A stretch of DNA of 64,000 nucleotides from Phaeosaccion multiseriatum (GCA_965112735.1 OZ218961.1:248001-312000), one strand, 5' to 3'. Numbered from the stretch's first letter, positions 44,032 through 62,418 are shown. Made by a program: numbers and translations. Notes: a model not told the origin generated them from the sequence alone.

Positions 44032-44784
44032 GCTGAGCTGGCGGCTCCAGTCACGCCCCTCTCCCTCCTCCTCCCCCTCCCCCTATCGCTTCAGTCGTGG
44101 AGTCCCACGTGGTGATCGCGGGGGCGAGTTGCTCAAGTAGCGGGTCTATGGGGTGGCTCAGCAACTACCTCTCCTCCGATGGATCTGCTCCCGCACCTTA
44201 CGTCATTGATCCTGCGCTCAGACGCAATATGGCTCCCAGCGGGATATTGTCCTCCCTCCCCCTCCCCCAGTACAAGAGAAAGGCCCCGTGTGTGCGAAAA
44301 GTTTCTTGGTGTGAGAGCGTACAGCGATTACGATTTCATTGCGGCCACGCGCTGCCCCTGCTGCTCCTGCTCCTGGAGCGTTCCCTCTCCTGGTTTTGGG
44401 AAGGAAGGACCACTGCTGCTCGCGTCTCCCCCCTTCTTTCCCCACAGTGCGGGGTGCTGGGACTCCGGTATATGGCGGGCTCTATGGAGGCCTTATATCC
44501 ACTCGGCCGTCTAGTCCCTCCAGCGGATGCCCACTGTGGCTCGTCCCTCTATCTATGTCAAAGTCCTCGCGAGTGCCTCAGTCCAGTCAGCAGCAAGGAG
44601 AAGGAGAAGAGGTGAGAGGGGTCGTGACATTAGGCGGGTTTCGCCATAGGATGACAGGGATCGCCCCCCGGGGCCATTTTTGTTGCCATACGGAGTGAGG
44701 AGGTGCCTAGAAAAAAAAGTGCAGCTCGTCAAATTTTAAAAGGGGGGGGAGAAGACGAGACCATATCCACATTCTATGGTATGG

Positions 44785-45180
44785 GTCCTGACGCCGGCTG
44801 ACGCTGGCGATAGCATCAAATAGCAGATAGCCCGCCGGCGCTGGCGATAGCAGATAGACTGTCGAATAGACGTCGGCTGGCGCGCTGGTGCCGGCGATAA
44901 GCAGATAGCATATAGCATCCCAGCTGACGCCGGCGATAGCAGATAGCAGATAGCACGTCAGGGGTCGACTTAGGGTTAGGATCCTGGTCGGCCCTGGCTG
45001 GACATGATTATGGCATGCGCCGATATTTAATCAGTAATCAGCCAGGCCTTGCGCCGCAATAATCAAGAATCTGGCTGGCTGGCGCCGACCATAATCAATA
45101 ATCAGGCCTGGCTCAGCCAATTAATAATCAGGCCGGTTGTGACGGCTGACGCCGGTCATAATCAGCAATCAGATAACAGG
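44785..45180. mobile_element. Two adjacent MITE-like remnants with TCG/CGA-type termini
   Basis: The first has gatagca/cgccggc repeats and ends cacgtcaggggtcga (44968), like 63009-63087. The second starts tcggccctgg (~44988) with aatcagtaatcag repeats, the reverse complement of the 18.6-19.2 kb units. Confidence 0.6.
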
Positions 45181-45681
45181 GAGAGCCTAGGGGGGGTGGC
45201 TGGGTGGGCGGGGATAAGAGGGTTTCCGCCGTGGGGCTGGACTGGAGGATGGAGGGTTCTGGGTTGCATTGCAATGGGTTGAGACTTTGTGCTGTCGTCG
45301 GCAGAGCAGTAAAAGACAACCTGGCTTGCTTCTCAGGAAGCGAGAGAGGCCGCGCAAGGGGAACAGAGAAACCCGGAGAAACCCTTCCTGCGGTCGACTC
45401 GATGGAAGAGGTGTAAATACCGAGACCTGCAGACTGAGAACGCAGAGGCAAAGCGAAGTAGCGGCAATGCTGTTGACTTTCGATCTCCCACCGACTTAGC
45501 TGTCCGTGTTGGCTACTGTGTTTGTTAACATTGACAGGGTGCCGCTAGCTCCGTGCTTTACTTTTACGCCACAAAATCGAGCTCTACATTGCGGCCACGT
45601 TTTTCGATTTACCACCATCAGCCCTCGGCCCCCACACTCCACTTCCTACATTTTTTTTGTTCTTTTTTTTTCTTTCTAATC

Positions 45682-48310
45682 ATGAAGACTGCCGTCACAA
45701 TCGCTGCTCTGCTTGGCCTCGCCAGCTCGGCCCAGGCATTCGCCCCTGTCGCGACTGGTGAGTCAAGTAGGAGAGAGTAGAGCAGCAGTACCGTACATAT
45801 TCAAGATTGGAGGTTGAAAAAGAGGAACGAGCGGTCCAGAACAAGGGTCTGTGAGCGGCTCTGCACAGTGCAGCACCAGAGGCCTCCCCGCCGGCTCAGC
45901 GCAAAGCCAAAGTCGCGCTCTGTAGCCCAGGACAAGGGCCTAGCGCCCCGACCTTTTGCCACAAGACTGAGCATGTTGCGGCGGCTGAGTGGTTAGTGCC
46001 AAAAAACTGGGATGCGTACGTACGCGTCAAGTGCTCGCCAGGCAGCAGCGGCAGCGGCAGCACAGGAGTAGCACCAGGAAGGGAAGGAGATGAGCAACAC
46101 AATGCTGTGCTGCTGCTCCCTCGCTGTGGCTGCCTCCTCGTGCTGGCGTCAGTTTTTAGGCATACGTGTTCCTCCCTCACTTGCTGCTGACGTGTCGATA
46201 GGGGGCACAGGAGAGAGAGACATTGCTTGGCAAAGCCTAACATTACACACCCCCTTGCCCCTGTCTCCGTCTGTCCCTGTCCGTATTGTGCGGCGCCTAT
46301 TCCTTCCCGTTGCCCCCCGTATCATCGAATGGGATTGCAGGTGTCGTGAGGTCTTCCGGCTTCTCCGGCCGGTGTCTCGCCCCCGCTGCCTCTTACAGCA
46401 GCAGCGGCATGACCATGATGGCGAAGAAGTCCGTAGGGGACATGGGCGACGACCTCAAGGGCAAGAAGTGAGTACAAAACCGCTTCTCAGTTGTGGTGCG
46501 CTGAGCTTGACTTGTGGAGGACAATGCGTCTGGCCTCGTGTTGCCTGTAGCGAGACTGACTCTCTCTGTTCAGGGGCGGCTTATTCGCTTTAATCGGATG
46601 AGTACGACCTGTTGAGTGGTACCGGAGCGGCGGCAGCAGGGGGTGATGGTTGGGCCACGCACTGACTGCCGTCCATGCGTGCCCTCTCTCTCTCTGTGTG
46701 TGTGTGTCTGTCTCACAAACCGACTGTGTATGTATGTACTGTGGGCGTTCTCCTCTCCACCGCCCATTCACGATAGTTTTTGCGCTGTCGCGTAAAAAGG
46801 CTGCTCGCCCCAACCCTTTGCCCCTCCTTCGTCGCCTCCTCTATTCTATTATTGCCCCTCCCCCCCCACCCCCTCAAATCGAGCCGCACCACACGGACTT
46901 ACGCACACCCCCCCCCCCCTTGTCTACACGCTCGCCTCGATCGCTCCTCCCCCACGACCTTGCTTGCATTACAGCGTGCTCGTGCGATGTGACCTCAACG
47001 TTCCTCTTGACGGAAAGACCATCACCGACGACACCCGCATCCGCGCCTCCATCCCCACCGTCAAGTACCTTCTCGAGAACGGTGCCCGGGTGGCACTCTC
47101 CTCCCACTTGGGCCGACCCAAGGACGGACCCGAGGACAAGTTCTCTCTTGCCCCCTGCGCCGAGCGCCTGACGGAGCTCCTCGGCAAGGAGTGCAAGATG
47201 GCACCCGATTGCGTGGGCGACGAGGTGGGCAGCATGGTGTCAGGACTCAAGGATGGTGAGGTGATGCTGCTGGAGAACGTGCGTTTCTACAAGGAGGAGA
47301 CCGCCAACGACGACGACTTCGCCAAGAAGCTTGCCGCCCCCTTCGACGTGAGTAAGGAGTTCAAACAATACGTTATGCGACGGAGGAGGAGTGAGGGTGA
47401 TCGTGTACAGGAGAGGCAGCAGTCACTGAATGAAATCCATCAACTGTAGCTCGACAAAGGCCTCTCTCTCATCCCCTTACCTCGGCCACCCCCAACCCCT
47501 CCCCCCACAACCCCCCCCCCCTTCTCTTTCTCTCAGCTCTTTGTCAACGACGCCTTCGGCACCGCCCACCGAGCCCATGCCTCCACCGAGGGTGTGACCA
47601 AGACGCTCCCCGCCGTGGCAGGCTTCCTGCTCAACAAGGAGCTGGACTACCTCCAGGGAGCCGTGTCCGAGCCCAAGAGGCCTTTCGCTGCCATCGTGGG
47701 AGGATCCAAGGTGTCGTCCAAGATTGGCGTCATCGAGAGCATGCTTGACAAGGTGGACAAGTTGGTGATCGGCGGAGGCATGGTGTTCACCTTCCTCAAG
47801 GCCAGGGGGCTTGACGTGGGCTCTTCCCTTGTGGAGGAGGACCAGATGGAGCTTGCCACCAAGCTGGAGAAGATTGCCAAGGAGAAGGGTGTGGAGTTCA
47901 TCCTGCCCAGCGATGTTGTGGTGGCCGACGCCTTCTCGGCGGACGCCAACACCAAGACGGTCAAGGCCGATGCCATCCCCGACGGATGGATGGGACTGGA
48001 CAACGGCCCCGAGGCCACGGCAGAGATCCAGAAGGCGCTCAAGGAGTGCAAGACCGTCATCTGGAACGGACCCATGGGTGTGTTCGAGTTTGAGGCCTTC
48101 GCAAAGGGTACCTTCGCCATTGCGGACACCCTCGCAGAGATCACTGGCGACGGATGCATCACCATCATCGGTGGAGGAGACTCTGTGGCAGCGGTGGAGA
48201 AGGCCGGCCTCGCCGAGAAGATGTCGCACATCAGTACCGGAGGAGGCGCCTCCCTCGAGCTGCTGGAGGGCAAGGTGCTGCCCGGTGTGGCCGCCCTCAA
48301 CGAGGCATAG
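45682..48310 (+). CDS. PGK: Plastid-targeted phosphoglycerate kinase
   Basis: Exons 45682-45757, 46341-46467, 46975-47347, 47537-48310. Signal peptide + AQA-FAP; motifs [80 protein letters not shown]. Confidence 0.98.
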
Positions 48311-48696
48311 GCGTGTTGGTGATGGACAAGACTCACAGACACACATGCGCCCACACCACCTTATATCTCTCTCTCAGACTAGAACTTTCCACGACCTCAC
48401 CCTTTACCTGACCAAGCAAGTTGGCTCACGAACACTCGCTCGCTCCTATATGGCGGCATTTTGCGGCGTCTTCGCCCAATGATTAGAAATTTATGAATAG
48501 AAGAACAATGTTGGACAATATTTGACCTCAGCTTCCAAGGGCTTGGGTTTATGCTATAGCATGTACTCCGAAGTATCTTACAAACGTTGTTGGCTTTGCC
48601 AGGCTTCCTACTTGTTCAAAAGAAAGGTTTCACGCGCGCGCGGGGTAAGCACGTTTTGCTTCATTTCGTTGATTGATGAAACGGCTTCATGCAAAC

Positions 48697-53661
<4,965 letters not shown>

Positions 53662-53959
53662 CCTCTCTGTCTACGGGATGTGCCTTCCGACGAGGTGTCT
53701 GCCAGGACATCTCCCCCCCCTGCACTGCCGCTGCTGCTGCTGGTGGTGCTTCTGCTGCTGATGATGAACTAGACGATTATACTCTCCTCCCTCCCAGCCT
53801 TTAGCCTTCACTGCAGGAGGGATGGCCCACGCTGTACTCGACCCGTGATTTTGATATTATAAAATTCTCCAGCCCTTCCCCGCCTGCCTACGACAGGGCC
53901 ATTGACATAATTCCGTCCAGTTACTTCGCGCTATTTTGATAAGGAAAGAGAGGGCGGCG

Positions 53960-55099
53960 ATGCCAGGCACCGAAGGCCAGGAGAGCCCAGGCCTGCAGCA
54001 GCAAGCAGTTGGTGATAGAGCAGCGGCAGCGGCAGCAGCAGGTGGCAAATATGAAGGATACAGCAGCAGCCGACAAGAGGAGGCCGAAGGCGACGAGGGC
54101 ATGATGGCCTCCCTTCCCGCCCTCGGCTCTCCCGTCACCGCCCCACACTCCTCCTATGCCTCCTCCTCCTCCTCCTCCCCCACCACTACCATCACGACCA
54201 CCGCTACCACTGCTACCAGTAGCAGTAAAGCCAGCACCTTTTTCTCGGAAAGCACCACAGGCCAAGACCCAGGAGGCTCTGATGCTTTGCCATCCTTCCT
54301 GGACCGTTCCTTCTTGTCGTCCATCATCAAAATCTCGGCTCGGTTTCCTCCTCCCCCATCTCACACGGTATGCACTCCCGAGCCTTCGTCTCGGGGACGC
54401 TCGCCGTTTCGCAGGGGAAGCTCGGCCAACCTTCACCTTCGAGCCTCGTCAGCGGGCAGCGGTGGGAGTCTCAGTGTCAGCCCTGGTCCTACCGGTGGAG
54501 ACGGCAGACGAGGCAGCCAAGGGGGGGGTGAGGGAGGAGTTGGTGATACGGCAGCGGCGGCAGCGGCGGCAGGGAAGGGAAGGAGAGGGAGTAAAGGCTT
54601 TCTAAAGAAGGGGTCAAAGCTGAGCCAGATGAATCTGGGCAAGCTCAGGAGGGGCTCCAGAGAGGACAAGCGCGCTCGGAGCAACCCCCCGCCGAGCAGC
54701 GCTAATACCGCCGCTGCCGCCGCTGCTGTTGCTGCTGCTGCTGCTAGTGCTGCCGCTACCACTACGGCTACTGCTGATGCCGTATCACCAACTGCTAGGG
54801 ATGATGACGGGGACGACATCGTGCCAGTTGGCCCTGCTTTTGATGACGAGGCTCAGGGAGGAGGAGGCGGCGGTGGTGGTGGTGGTGGCGAGGAGGGAGG
54901 TGCGATCGCAGTGGACTCATTGGAGTATTCTATGAGTGTCAACTTGTCAGCGGCGGGCAATGCGGGGGCGGGCTTCCTCAACGGGACGGGGAATTTGCAG
55001 GGAGAGGACTTGCTTCCACCTCCCCCTACCCAATCGACGCTTGACTATGATGAGGATAGCACTGATGATGAGGAGGAGGAAGGTGGGGTATTGACTTAG
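53960..55099 (+). CDS. Hypothetical low-complexity protein, divergent from the Myb gene
   Basis: ~379-codon single-exon ORF starting 300 bp from the Myb ATG; no recognisable domain. Confidence 0.55.
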   Translation: MPGTEGQESPGLQQQAVGDRAAAAAAAGGKYEGYSSSRQEEAEGDEGMMASLPALGSPVTAPHSSYASSSSSSPTTTITTTATTATSSSKASTFFSESTTGQDPGGSDALPSFLDRSFLSSIIKISARFPPPPSHTVCTPEPSSRGRSPFRRGSSANLHLRASSAGSGGSLSVSPGPTGGDGRRGSQGGGEGGVGDTAAAAAAAGKGRRGSKGFLKKGSKLSQMNLGKLRRGSREDKRARSNPPPSSANTAAAAAAVAAAAASAAATTTATADAVSPTARDDDGDDIVPVGPAFDDEAQGGGGGGGGGGGEEGGAIAVDSLEYSMSVNLSAAGNAGAGFLNGTGNLQGEDLLPPPPTQSTLDYDEDSTDDEEEEGGVLT

Positions 55100-55473
55100 A
55101 GGGGTCAGTCAATTAGTCGTATGTAAGAGGAGGAGGGAGAGGAGGAGGAGGAGGAGGAGGAGGAGGAGTGTGTGGATCGTGCGATGGGTGCGTCGTTGGA
55201 TCCGCCGTCAGGTGCCATCTCCTTGCACTTCTGAGCCACTTGGAGGGCCTATGTGTGAGAGAAGAGGGGGGGAGGGGTAGAGAGAGGTGGGTGGGAGGGT
55301 GGGGGTGGACTCTGAATCGACCTCCCGCTGTAGGGAGTAAAGAGGTGGGGGCGAGGATCAAGACGCCCTGTCCGGCAGACACTAATGTACATTGTCGAGC
55401 AATGCCAATGCATGGAGTTACCGCTCTCTTCTTCTCTTCTCTTCTCTGGCCCTCTCCGTTGACGTCCACCCTT

Positions 55474-55950
55474 TCGCCCCCGTGCACGCCTAGCGGCCTA
55501 GGCCTATTTTGGAAAATTGCCCGGCCTAGCGAGGGCCGTAGGCCCTCGGCCTATTTATAGGCCGCCTAGGGCAGACGCCAACTAGGCGCAGGTCCAGGGC
55601 GGGAAGATGCTCATATGCCCTTGGGCTGGCCCGGAACCCGCCCAAGTGTCGTCAGTTTTAAGCAAATGTATTGCATGGGATAAGTGAGGAGTAGCTAGAC
55701 TTGGTTCGTGTTGTCTCTTTCCGCCTCGCTGGCCCTACGAGGAGTGCAGGCCTACAGGTGTGCTGCTACCCACTGGCTGGGCGGCACCACGCACGCGCCC
55801 ACGGTCACTGGGAGGCTGCCTAGAGGCGGGCTATAGGCCGCCTAGGGCTGAAAAGTGAGCGGCCTAGAGCGGCCGGAGGCCGCCGGCCTAGGCCTATTTC
55901 GGCCGAAGGCCGAGCGGCCTGCCTAGGCCGCTAGGCGTGCACGGGGGCGA
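55474..55950. mobile_element. 477-bp MITE with 30-bp TIRs and 7-bp TSD
   Basis: TIR tcgcccccgtgcacgcctagcggcctaggc (55474-55503) and its exact reverse complement (55921-55950); TSD caccctt at 55467-55473 and 55951-55957. Confidence 0.95.
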
Positions 55951-56175
55951 CACCCTTCCGATTGGAGCACATGTCAACAATTTTTTTTTTGGCCCTCCCT
56001 TAGCTGGAAGCTACGCTTACTTCCTTCACGGGGTTCTCTTGTGATTTCCGTCTGCTGTATCCGATCTGGCGAGCCCCCCCTTCCCCACTGCTGTCTTCTT
56101 CACCCGCTTCCTTCTCTGTCTCTAGCTCTGTTCACTCAGTGGCTATCCTGCGGTGAAGGACCTCTCTCAGCAATC

Positions 56176-59100
56176 ATGGTCCATGCCTCGCTCCTTTTCG
56201 GACAGTCAGTAAGAAGGGCCGTAAAGAGCGGCATCAGTAGCATCAGCAGCGGCAGCAGCAGTAGTAATGGGCGGCTGAGAAAGAGACGGCTGACAGGGCT
56301 AGCGGGTCAGCTGGAGACGGCTGCGTGCCTTCCACAAGCTCCTCACCCTGCTGCTGCTTCTGCTGCTGCTCCTGCTGCTCCTTTGGCCTTCGGTGCTGCA
56401 TCGCAGATCAGCTCCTTCAGTAGCGCGGCCGCCACCGTCAGTAACAGCAAGAGCAGAGGCACCAGGACAAGTGTTGACAGCAGTAAGAGCAGAAGCAGCA
56501 AGAAGAAGGCGTCGAGGTCTGCATCCAAGGACAACAACAGCAACAGCAGCAGCAGCAGCAGCAGCGGCGGCGGCGGCGGCGGCGACGGCGGCTCAACTTA
56601 TCGACCATTCCGGCAGAGCCAGTTTGCGAAGGAAGAGAAGACGCGGCGGTGGAAGCTCAACGGCCGCCTCACGGGTTTGGGCCACAAGAGGCAATGGAAG
56701 CAGGTGCTCACGGAGCTACATGAGGCGCGGGAGAAGAAGCTAAAGCTCAGCTACGCCAATTATCTCACTGCCATGACGGCCATCGCCAGGTGCGGCCGCT
56801 GGAAGGAGGCATGCGGCTTGCTGGAGGACATGTCGAAGGTGAGGCCGGGGGGGAGGGGCGAGGGGGCGAGGGGGGAGTGTTGAGATGGAGTGAAATGAGC
56901 AGAGATGAGCTGATGGAATGAAATGAGCAGAGATGAGCTGATGGAGTGAAATGAGCAGAGATGAGCTGATGGAGTGAAATGAGCAGAGATGAGCTGATGG
57001 AGTGAAATGAGCAGAGATGAGCTGATGGAGTGAAATGAGCAGAGATGAGCTGATGGAGTGAAATGAGCAGAGATGAGCTGATGGAGTGAAATGAGCAGAG
57101 ATGAGCTGATGGAATGAAATGAGCAGAGATGAGCTGATGGAATGAAATGAGCAGAGATGAGCCGATGGAATGAAATGAGCAGAGATGAGCTGATGGAGTG
57201 AAGAGGAACGCTTCGTTGTGCTGCGTACGCAAGAGCGATGGTAGGAGGAGTTGGGTAGTGTGTGAGTCCCGCAGAGTGCCGCGCATAGAGAAGAGAAAGA
57301 GAGAGGCAAGGGAAAAAGGGGGGGGAGGGACAGGGAGAATGAGAGTGAGATTCATGTCGAGGCGGGGAGAGATTGGAGAAGGGCGGGGCAGGTGTAGTAA
57401 ACACCTGGGGTAGAGTGAGGTGGATGGGGCGATATTTCCTTCCTATCCACTCCCGCATGTGGAAATGGAAACCACACTCCCACTTGTCTGGATGAATAGG
57501 TTTCGTCATGAAACTGACACCCATGCAATCTGCCGTACTCCATCCGTCCCTCCTTCTATTGCCATCCATCCCGTGCCATCTATTCATCCACGACAATTCC
57601 AGGAGGGGCTGAAGCCGGGCACGGACGCCTTCAACCGAGTCATTGGCGCTTGTAGCAGGGCTGGGCGTTGGGGGAAGGCCTTGGAGCTGATGCAGACCCT
57701 GCAGGAGAAGGAGGGTCTCCAAGCCGACGCGGCTACGTACTCGGCAGTTATGAACGCTCTCCTGGCGACCGGGAGCGGGAGAAGAGGAGGAGCAGAGAAT
57801 GACAGGGATGGTAGCAAAGGCAAAGGCGCGGGCGATATGGCATGGGCCAAGGGTGGCGACGGAGGAGGAGGAGGAGGAGGAGGAGGAGGAGGAGGAGGGA
57901 AGACGGAACGAGCGAGGTGAGCCTGACGAAGGCGGGCCGTTAGAGGGGTTGGGCTGACATCGAATCTTCAGGATGCCTGGTCTGGGGTGTGGTTGCGAAG
58001 GGGGCTTCAGGCTGCCGAGGGGGGACGGGGGAAAGAAGGGGAGTAGAGGGAGGAAGGGCGAGCGTTTTCTCCGGTACTTGTCTTGTTTTGCGTCTTCCAT
58101 CGAGTCAGCGGCTCTCGAACCGACTCCCGCTAGTCCGCCTGCCTGCCCACATGCCTGCCTGCCCATGTACCTGCCTGCCCATATGCCTGCCTGCCGGCCT
58201 ACCCGCTTGCTGCCGGCCTGCCCGCCATACACTGGCCTGCCTGTGTCTGCCTGCCTGTCTCAATGCCCCCATGCCCCCACCCACCCTCCCACCCACCCCC
58301 CCACCACCCCCCATCTTCCCGTTCCACTTGGCAGTGAGCGCATCGAAGAGGTGATAGATCTGTTTGGGGCAATGAAGGCAGCCGGGGTGGCACCAGATGC
58401 ACACGTGTACGCCAGCGTCATTAGCGCGTGTGCCAAGGCTGCAGCCACCGCTGCCGCTTCCGCTCCTACCTCTGCCCGTGCCGCTACAGCCAAGGGAAAG
58501 GGACAGAGAAAGAGGGGAGGAGGAGGAGGAGGAGGAGGAGGAGGAGGAGGAGGAGGAGGATTAGCAGAAGGTATAGGGGGCACACATGTAAGTGTAGGAG
58601 AGGGCTCTGCGGAAACAGTAGACACTTCGGCAGCGGGTAGGGCCAAGCAAGCGTTGGGCTTGCTTCAAGAGGCGGAAGAGGCGGGTGAAGGGAGTGTGTA
58701 TGGAAGCAGTGCAGCGATGGCAGCGTGCAATCAAGCAGGCATGTGGAACGAGGCGTTGAAGGTGTATCGGCAGCTGCCCAAGGGGGAGAGGGATGAGATT
58801 TGCCACTGCGCTGCCATTTCTGCATGGGGTAAGGCCAAGAAGCCTCAGGAGATCCTGCGGCTTTTGGAGACATTGCGCGTGCAGCAGCAGCAGCACCAGG
58901 AGGAGGAGGAGGAGGAGGAGCAGCAGCAGCAGCAGCAGCAGGAGGAGGAGGAGGAGGAGGAGGAGGAGGAGGAGGAGGAGGATGAGGAGAGGACCGGAAG
59001 GCTTCAGAGCCGACGAGGGTCTCCAGCCACAGCGCGCTACACAGAGAACCGCGTTCAGGAGATGCTGCAAGAGGCACAAAGGGCGCTGAGGAGGGGCACG

Positions 59101-59471
59101 CTCAGCCCCGCTGTAGAAGGGGAGGCCCCTGCCGGACTCGGAAACCAACCTTCCTCTGCTGCTCCTTCGACTCCACAGGACCGTCGCAAGGGAGGCAGGC
59201 GCAGCGAGGGGGGCAGGGAGGACAGAGACTCTGGCGGCGGTAAAGGTAGTAGCGGTAGTAGTAGGAGTGGTCGGGGGGGGAGCGACGAGAGGAGGAGCAG
59301 CAGCAGCGGTCAGCTGAGTCCGAAGATCGTGTCGGCTGCCATCGCGGCTCTGGGTCAGAATAAGATGCTCCCCGAGGCGCTGAAGCTGCTGCAGGGGCTG
59401 CAAAATGAGGAGGAGGTGAGGAGCTGACTCCGAGGGTGGGATCTCATCGTGTATGAAATCGACCAGGCATA

Positions 59472-59562
<91 letters not shown>

Positions 59563-60482
59563 GCGCTGTCCTCCCTTCTTTCTGTACGTTAGTCTCACTC
59601 CTCCCCTCCTCTCCTCCCCTCCTCTCCTCCTCTACTCTCCTCCTCTCCTCCTCCCCTCCTCCCCTCCTCCTCCTCCTCCTCCTCCTCCTCCTCCTCCTCC
59701 TCCCCTCCTCCTCCTCCCCCTCCTCCCCCTCCTCACAGCAAGTGCTATACGAACCTGCTCTCACGGCAGGCATCCTTGCCTGTGCAAAGGTCGGGGAGTG
59801 GAAGGAGTCCGTCAGACTCCTCCACGACCTCCGCGCCTTGGGTGCCAGACCGGGTCTCCACACCTACACCGCCTGCCTCACTGCCCTGGCCAAGGGAAGG
59901 CAGGTGAAACTTGCCCTTGCTCTCCTGGATCAAATGGAGAGGGAAGGAGTGCAGCCGAATCTCGTCACGTACAGGGTATTGCTGCAAGTATTTCAGAAGC
60001 CCGGCGGCGAAGGAGGGGTGGAGGGTGGGGGTGGAGTTGAAGAGTGGGCGGAGGAGGAGCGAGACATACGAGAACGGGTGAGGGAGATGAAAGCCAACGC
60101 TTACCAGCAACAGCAGCAGCGAGGAGGAGGAGGAGAAGGAGGAGGAGGAGGAGGGGAGTGGGGGGATGAAGGAGGAGGAGAAAGAGGAGGCAGTGGAGGA
60201 GGAGGAGGAGGAGGAGGAGGAGGAGGAGGGGAGTGGGGGGAGGAAAGAAGAGGAGGAAGAGGTAGCAGAGGAGGAGGAGGAGGAGGAGGAGGAGGAGGAG
60301 GAGGAGGAGGAGGTAGAAGAGGAGGGGAGTGGGGGGAGGGAGGAAGAGGAGGGGAGTGGGGGGAGGGAGGAAGAGGAGGTCCAGGAGGAAGGGGAGGAAG
60401 GGGAGGAGGAGGGGGGCGGTGGTTTCCGACTCGAGGAGGAGAGATACCGAGTCAGGGAGGAGTGAGAGGTGAGCGACGGTGA
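56176..60482 (+). CDS. Pentatricopeptide-repeat (PPR) protein, probably organelle-targeted, 4 exons
   Basis: PPR motifs YLTAMTAIARCGRWKEACGLLEDM, PGTDAFNRVIGACSRAGRWGKALELM, GVAPDAHVYASVISACAK, PGLHTYTACLTALAKGRQVKLALALLDQMEREGVQPNLVTY. S/R-rich N-terminus; the 3' frame is uncertain in the (GGA)n tract. Confidence 0.88.
56884..57202. repeat. 28-bp minisatellite (gatggagtgaaatgagcagagatgagct)n in PPR intron 1
   Basis: About 11 head-to-tail units. Confidence 0.93.
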
Positions 60483-60892
60483 GGGCCAGGGAGTAGGGGA
60501 GCAGCGTGGGATGGGAGAATTCGAGGCCATTCGCCAAGCTTTGAAGCCCAAGTAGTAGTAGTAGAAGTAGGGCAGAGAAGGGAGGGAGTGGTCACAATAC
60601 GCGCGCTTTGCTTGGGTGGGCGAAGCATTAATGGCCCTTCTACTCGTGTGCGTGTGGCGTCAGACACTACCTCATGCAAGCCCAGCTCGTCCACTTCTCC
60701 ATCATACAAATAAAGTCTCTTTCGAATGGGCAGAAGTAAAGCGTAAAAAAAAGGGAGGGAAGAAGAAGAGAAGATCGTCCTCAGGAGCGCCTTCCTGAAC
60801 AGTGACATGCTGCGCTCCAAGCTGCAAGCTTCCTCCGTGTGATGCCTTCCCTCGACCAACCCCCCTGGCCACCGTTGACAGCCCTTCACTAA

Positions 60893-60933
<41 letters not shown>

Positions 60934-61317
60934 ACGCCATTTTCTTCGCTTCATCCCTGTAAGTTGCTAAAATAATAAAATTCCTTCACCTGACTTCCCT
61001 CAATCTCAGTCTGACACTGCTCGCTGCCGAAGTCCTCGTCGAACCATATATACGTATTCACTGAAGCCTCCCACCAGCCGAAGGGCGCAAAGTGTCCCGC
61101 GAACATGCCACAGACACGATGATGAGGGCACCTCCCTCTGCTGATAGACCGCTTGTAACAAACATTCACAGCAGCGCCTCGAAGCGGGACAGTCACAGCC
61201 GTCCATCCTGCTCTGTACTGACCCGCGCTCACCGGAAGCCTCCCCAAACGTACGCTAACTGCCCCCCCACCCCTCCCCCCATGTCTCTCTCTCCACCTGT
61301 GCGAGCTTGTTCTCCTC

Positions 61318-62418
61318 TCAGTCCTGGCAGTTGCAGGGGTGTCCATTGGCGTGCACCCACTGCTTGATGTCCTCAAAGATTTTGGCGTCGATGTCCCATA
61401 CCGCGCCCTCCCCGAAATACTCTTCATACACTCCTCTGTCCCTGATGACCTGTGGGCACGACATTGCGTCCCACTCGCACTGCACTTCTTCCGATCTGAG
61501 CCACTTCAGCACGGCAAGGCTCTTACCATGTACGACTGCACTTCTACAGACCAGCGGATCCCAAAAACAGCGGTGGCGAACATTGGCGTGGAGCAACTGC
61601 AGTACCTCGAGGTGGCCCTTTGTAGCTGCATACAAAGTCCCATCGCACCACTCGTCATAAGCATTCTCTTCCAGCAAGGCTCTCGTGGGAGGATGCTCGA
61701 GAAGCCATTCCACGACAGGAACATGTCCACCGCCGCATGCATCGTTCCAAGAGAAAAAATCAAAGTCTGCCCCACCGTCGTCCGACAGCAACCACTTGAG
61801 CATATCCAAGTGCCCTTCAAGTGCAGCTTGGCAACACATATAGGAGCCGTTACGGTCCCATGGGCACTGCTCCTTGTCGGGAAGGTCCTCTGAGCGCAGC
61901 CACTTGAGAACGCTCAGGCCATGCTTCTTGTTGAACGCTGTTGCATCACACGCCCGCCCATCTACGGGACACCTTTTGCCATGGAGGGCCTTGCAGACCT
62001 CGACATCACCGTACCGAGCAGCGGCCCTGAAGAGCTCCCCAGTTAGCTTGAGGCCCTGCCGACCTGTCGCCCAGTTCAAGCACTCCACAGAGCTCACCAC
62101 AGACGAAAACGCTGTCTCCACTGCTGGATACAAAGCGGTGTAGCTGGCCTTCCACTCCTTGCTCACACCCGCCACGAAGCAGAAGTGCCCCTTTCCCGAG
62201 TGCTCCAAGATGGCACGAAGCAGCTCGAGATTCTCCAGGGCCTCGCGGCAAGCTTCAAAGAGCAGCCCATTCACTGAGGGCGTAGCACTGGCACCCCCAC
62301 ATGCTGTTGTTGCCTGAGACCGTCTCAGCTGTCTCAGCCTCCTTCCCTGTGCAGAGTCACGAGGCGCCTCCCCATGCCCCAATGCCGTTCTCCTCCTCCG
62401 CTGCAGCCTCGTCTCCAT
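61318..62418 (-). CDS. F-box-like + ankyrin-like repeat protein, copy 6 (366 aa)
   Basis: Intact intronless ORF with the same upstream region as copies 2-5. Confidence 0.9.
   Translation of the reverse strand: METRLQRRRRTALGHGEAPRDSAQGRRLRQLRRSQATTACGGASATPSVNGLLFEACREALENLELLRAILEHSGKGHFCFVAGVSKEWKASYTALYPAVETAFSSVVSSVECLNWATGRQGLKLTGELFRAAARYGDVEVCKALHGKRCPVDGRACDATAFNKKHGLSVLKWLRSEDLPDKEQCPWDRNGSYMCCQAALEGHLDMLKWLLSDDGGADFDFFSWNDACGGGHVPVVEWLLEHPPTRALLEENAYDEWCDGTLYAATKGHLEVLQLLHANVRHRCFWDPLVCRSAVVHGKSLAVLKWLRSEEVQCEWDAMSCPQVIRDRGVYEEYFGEGAVWDIDAKIFEDIKQWVHANGHPCNCQD

Noticed and set aside
44969-44980. Telomeric TTAGGG repeat
   Set aside because: Fewer than two full units, lying between MITE remnants; insufficient evidence.
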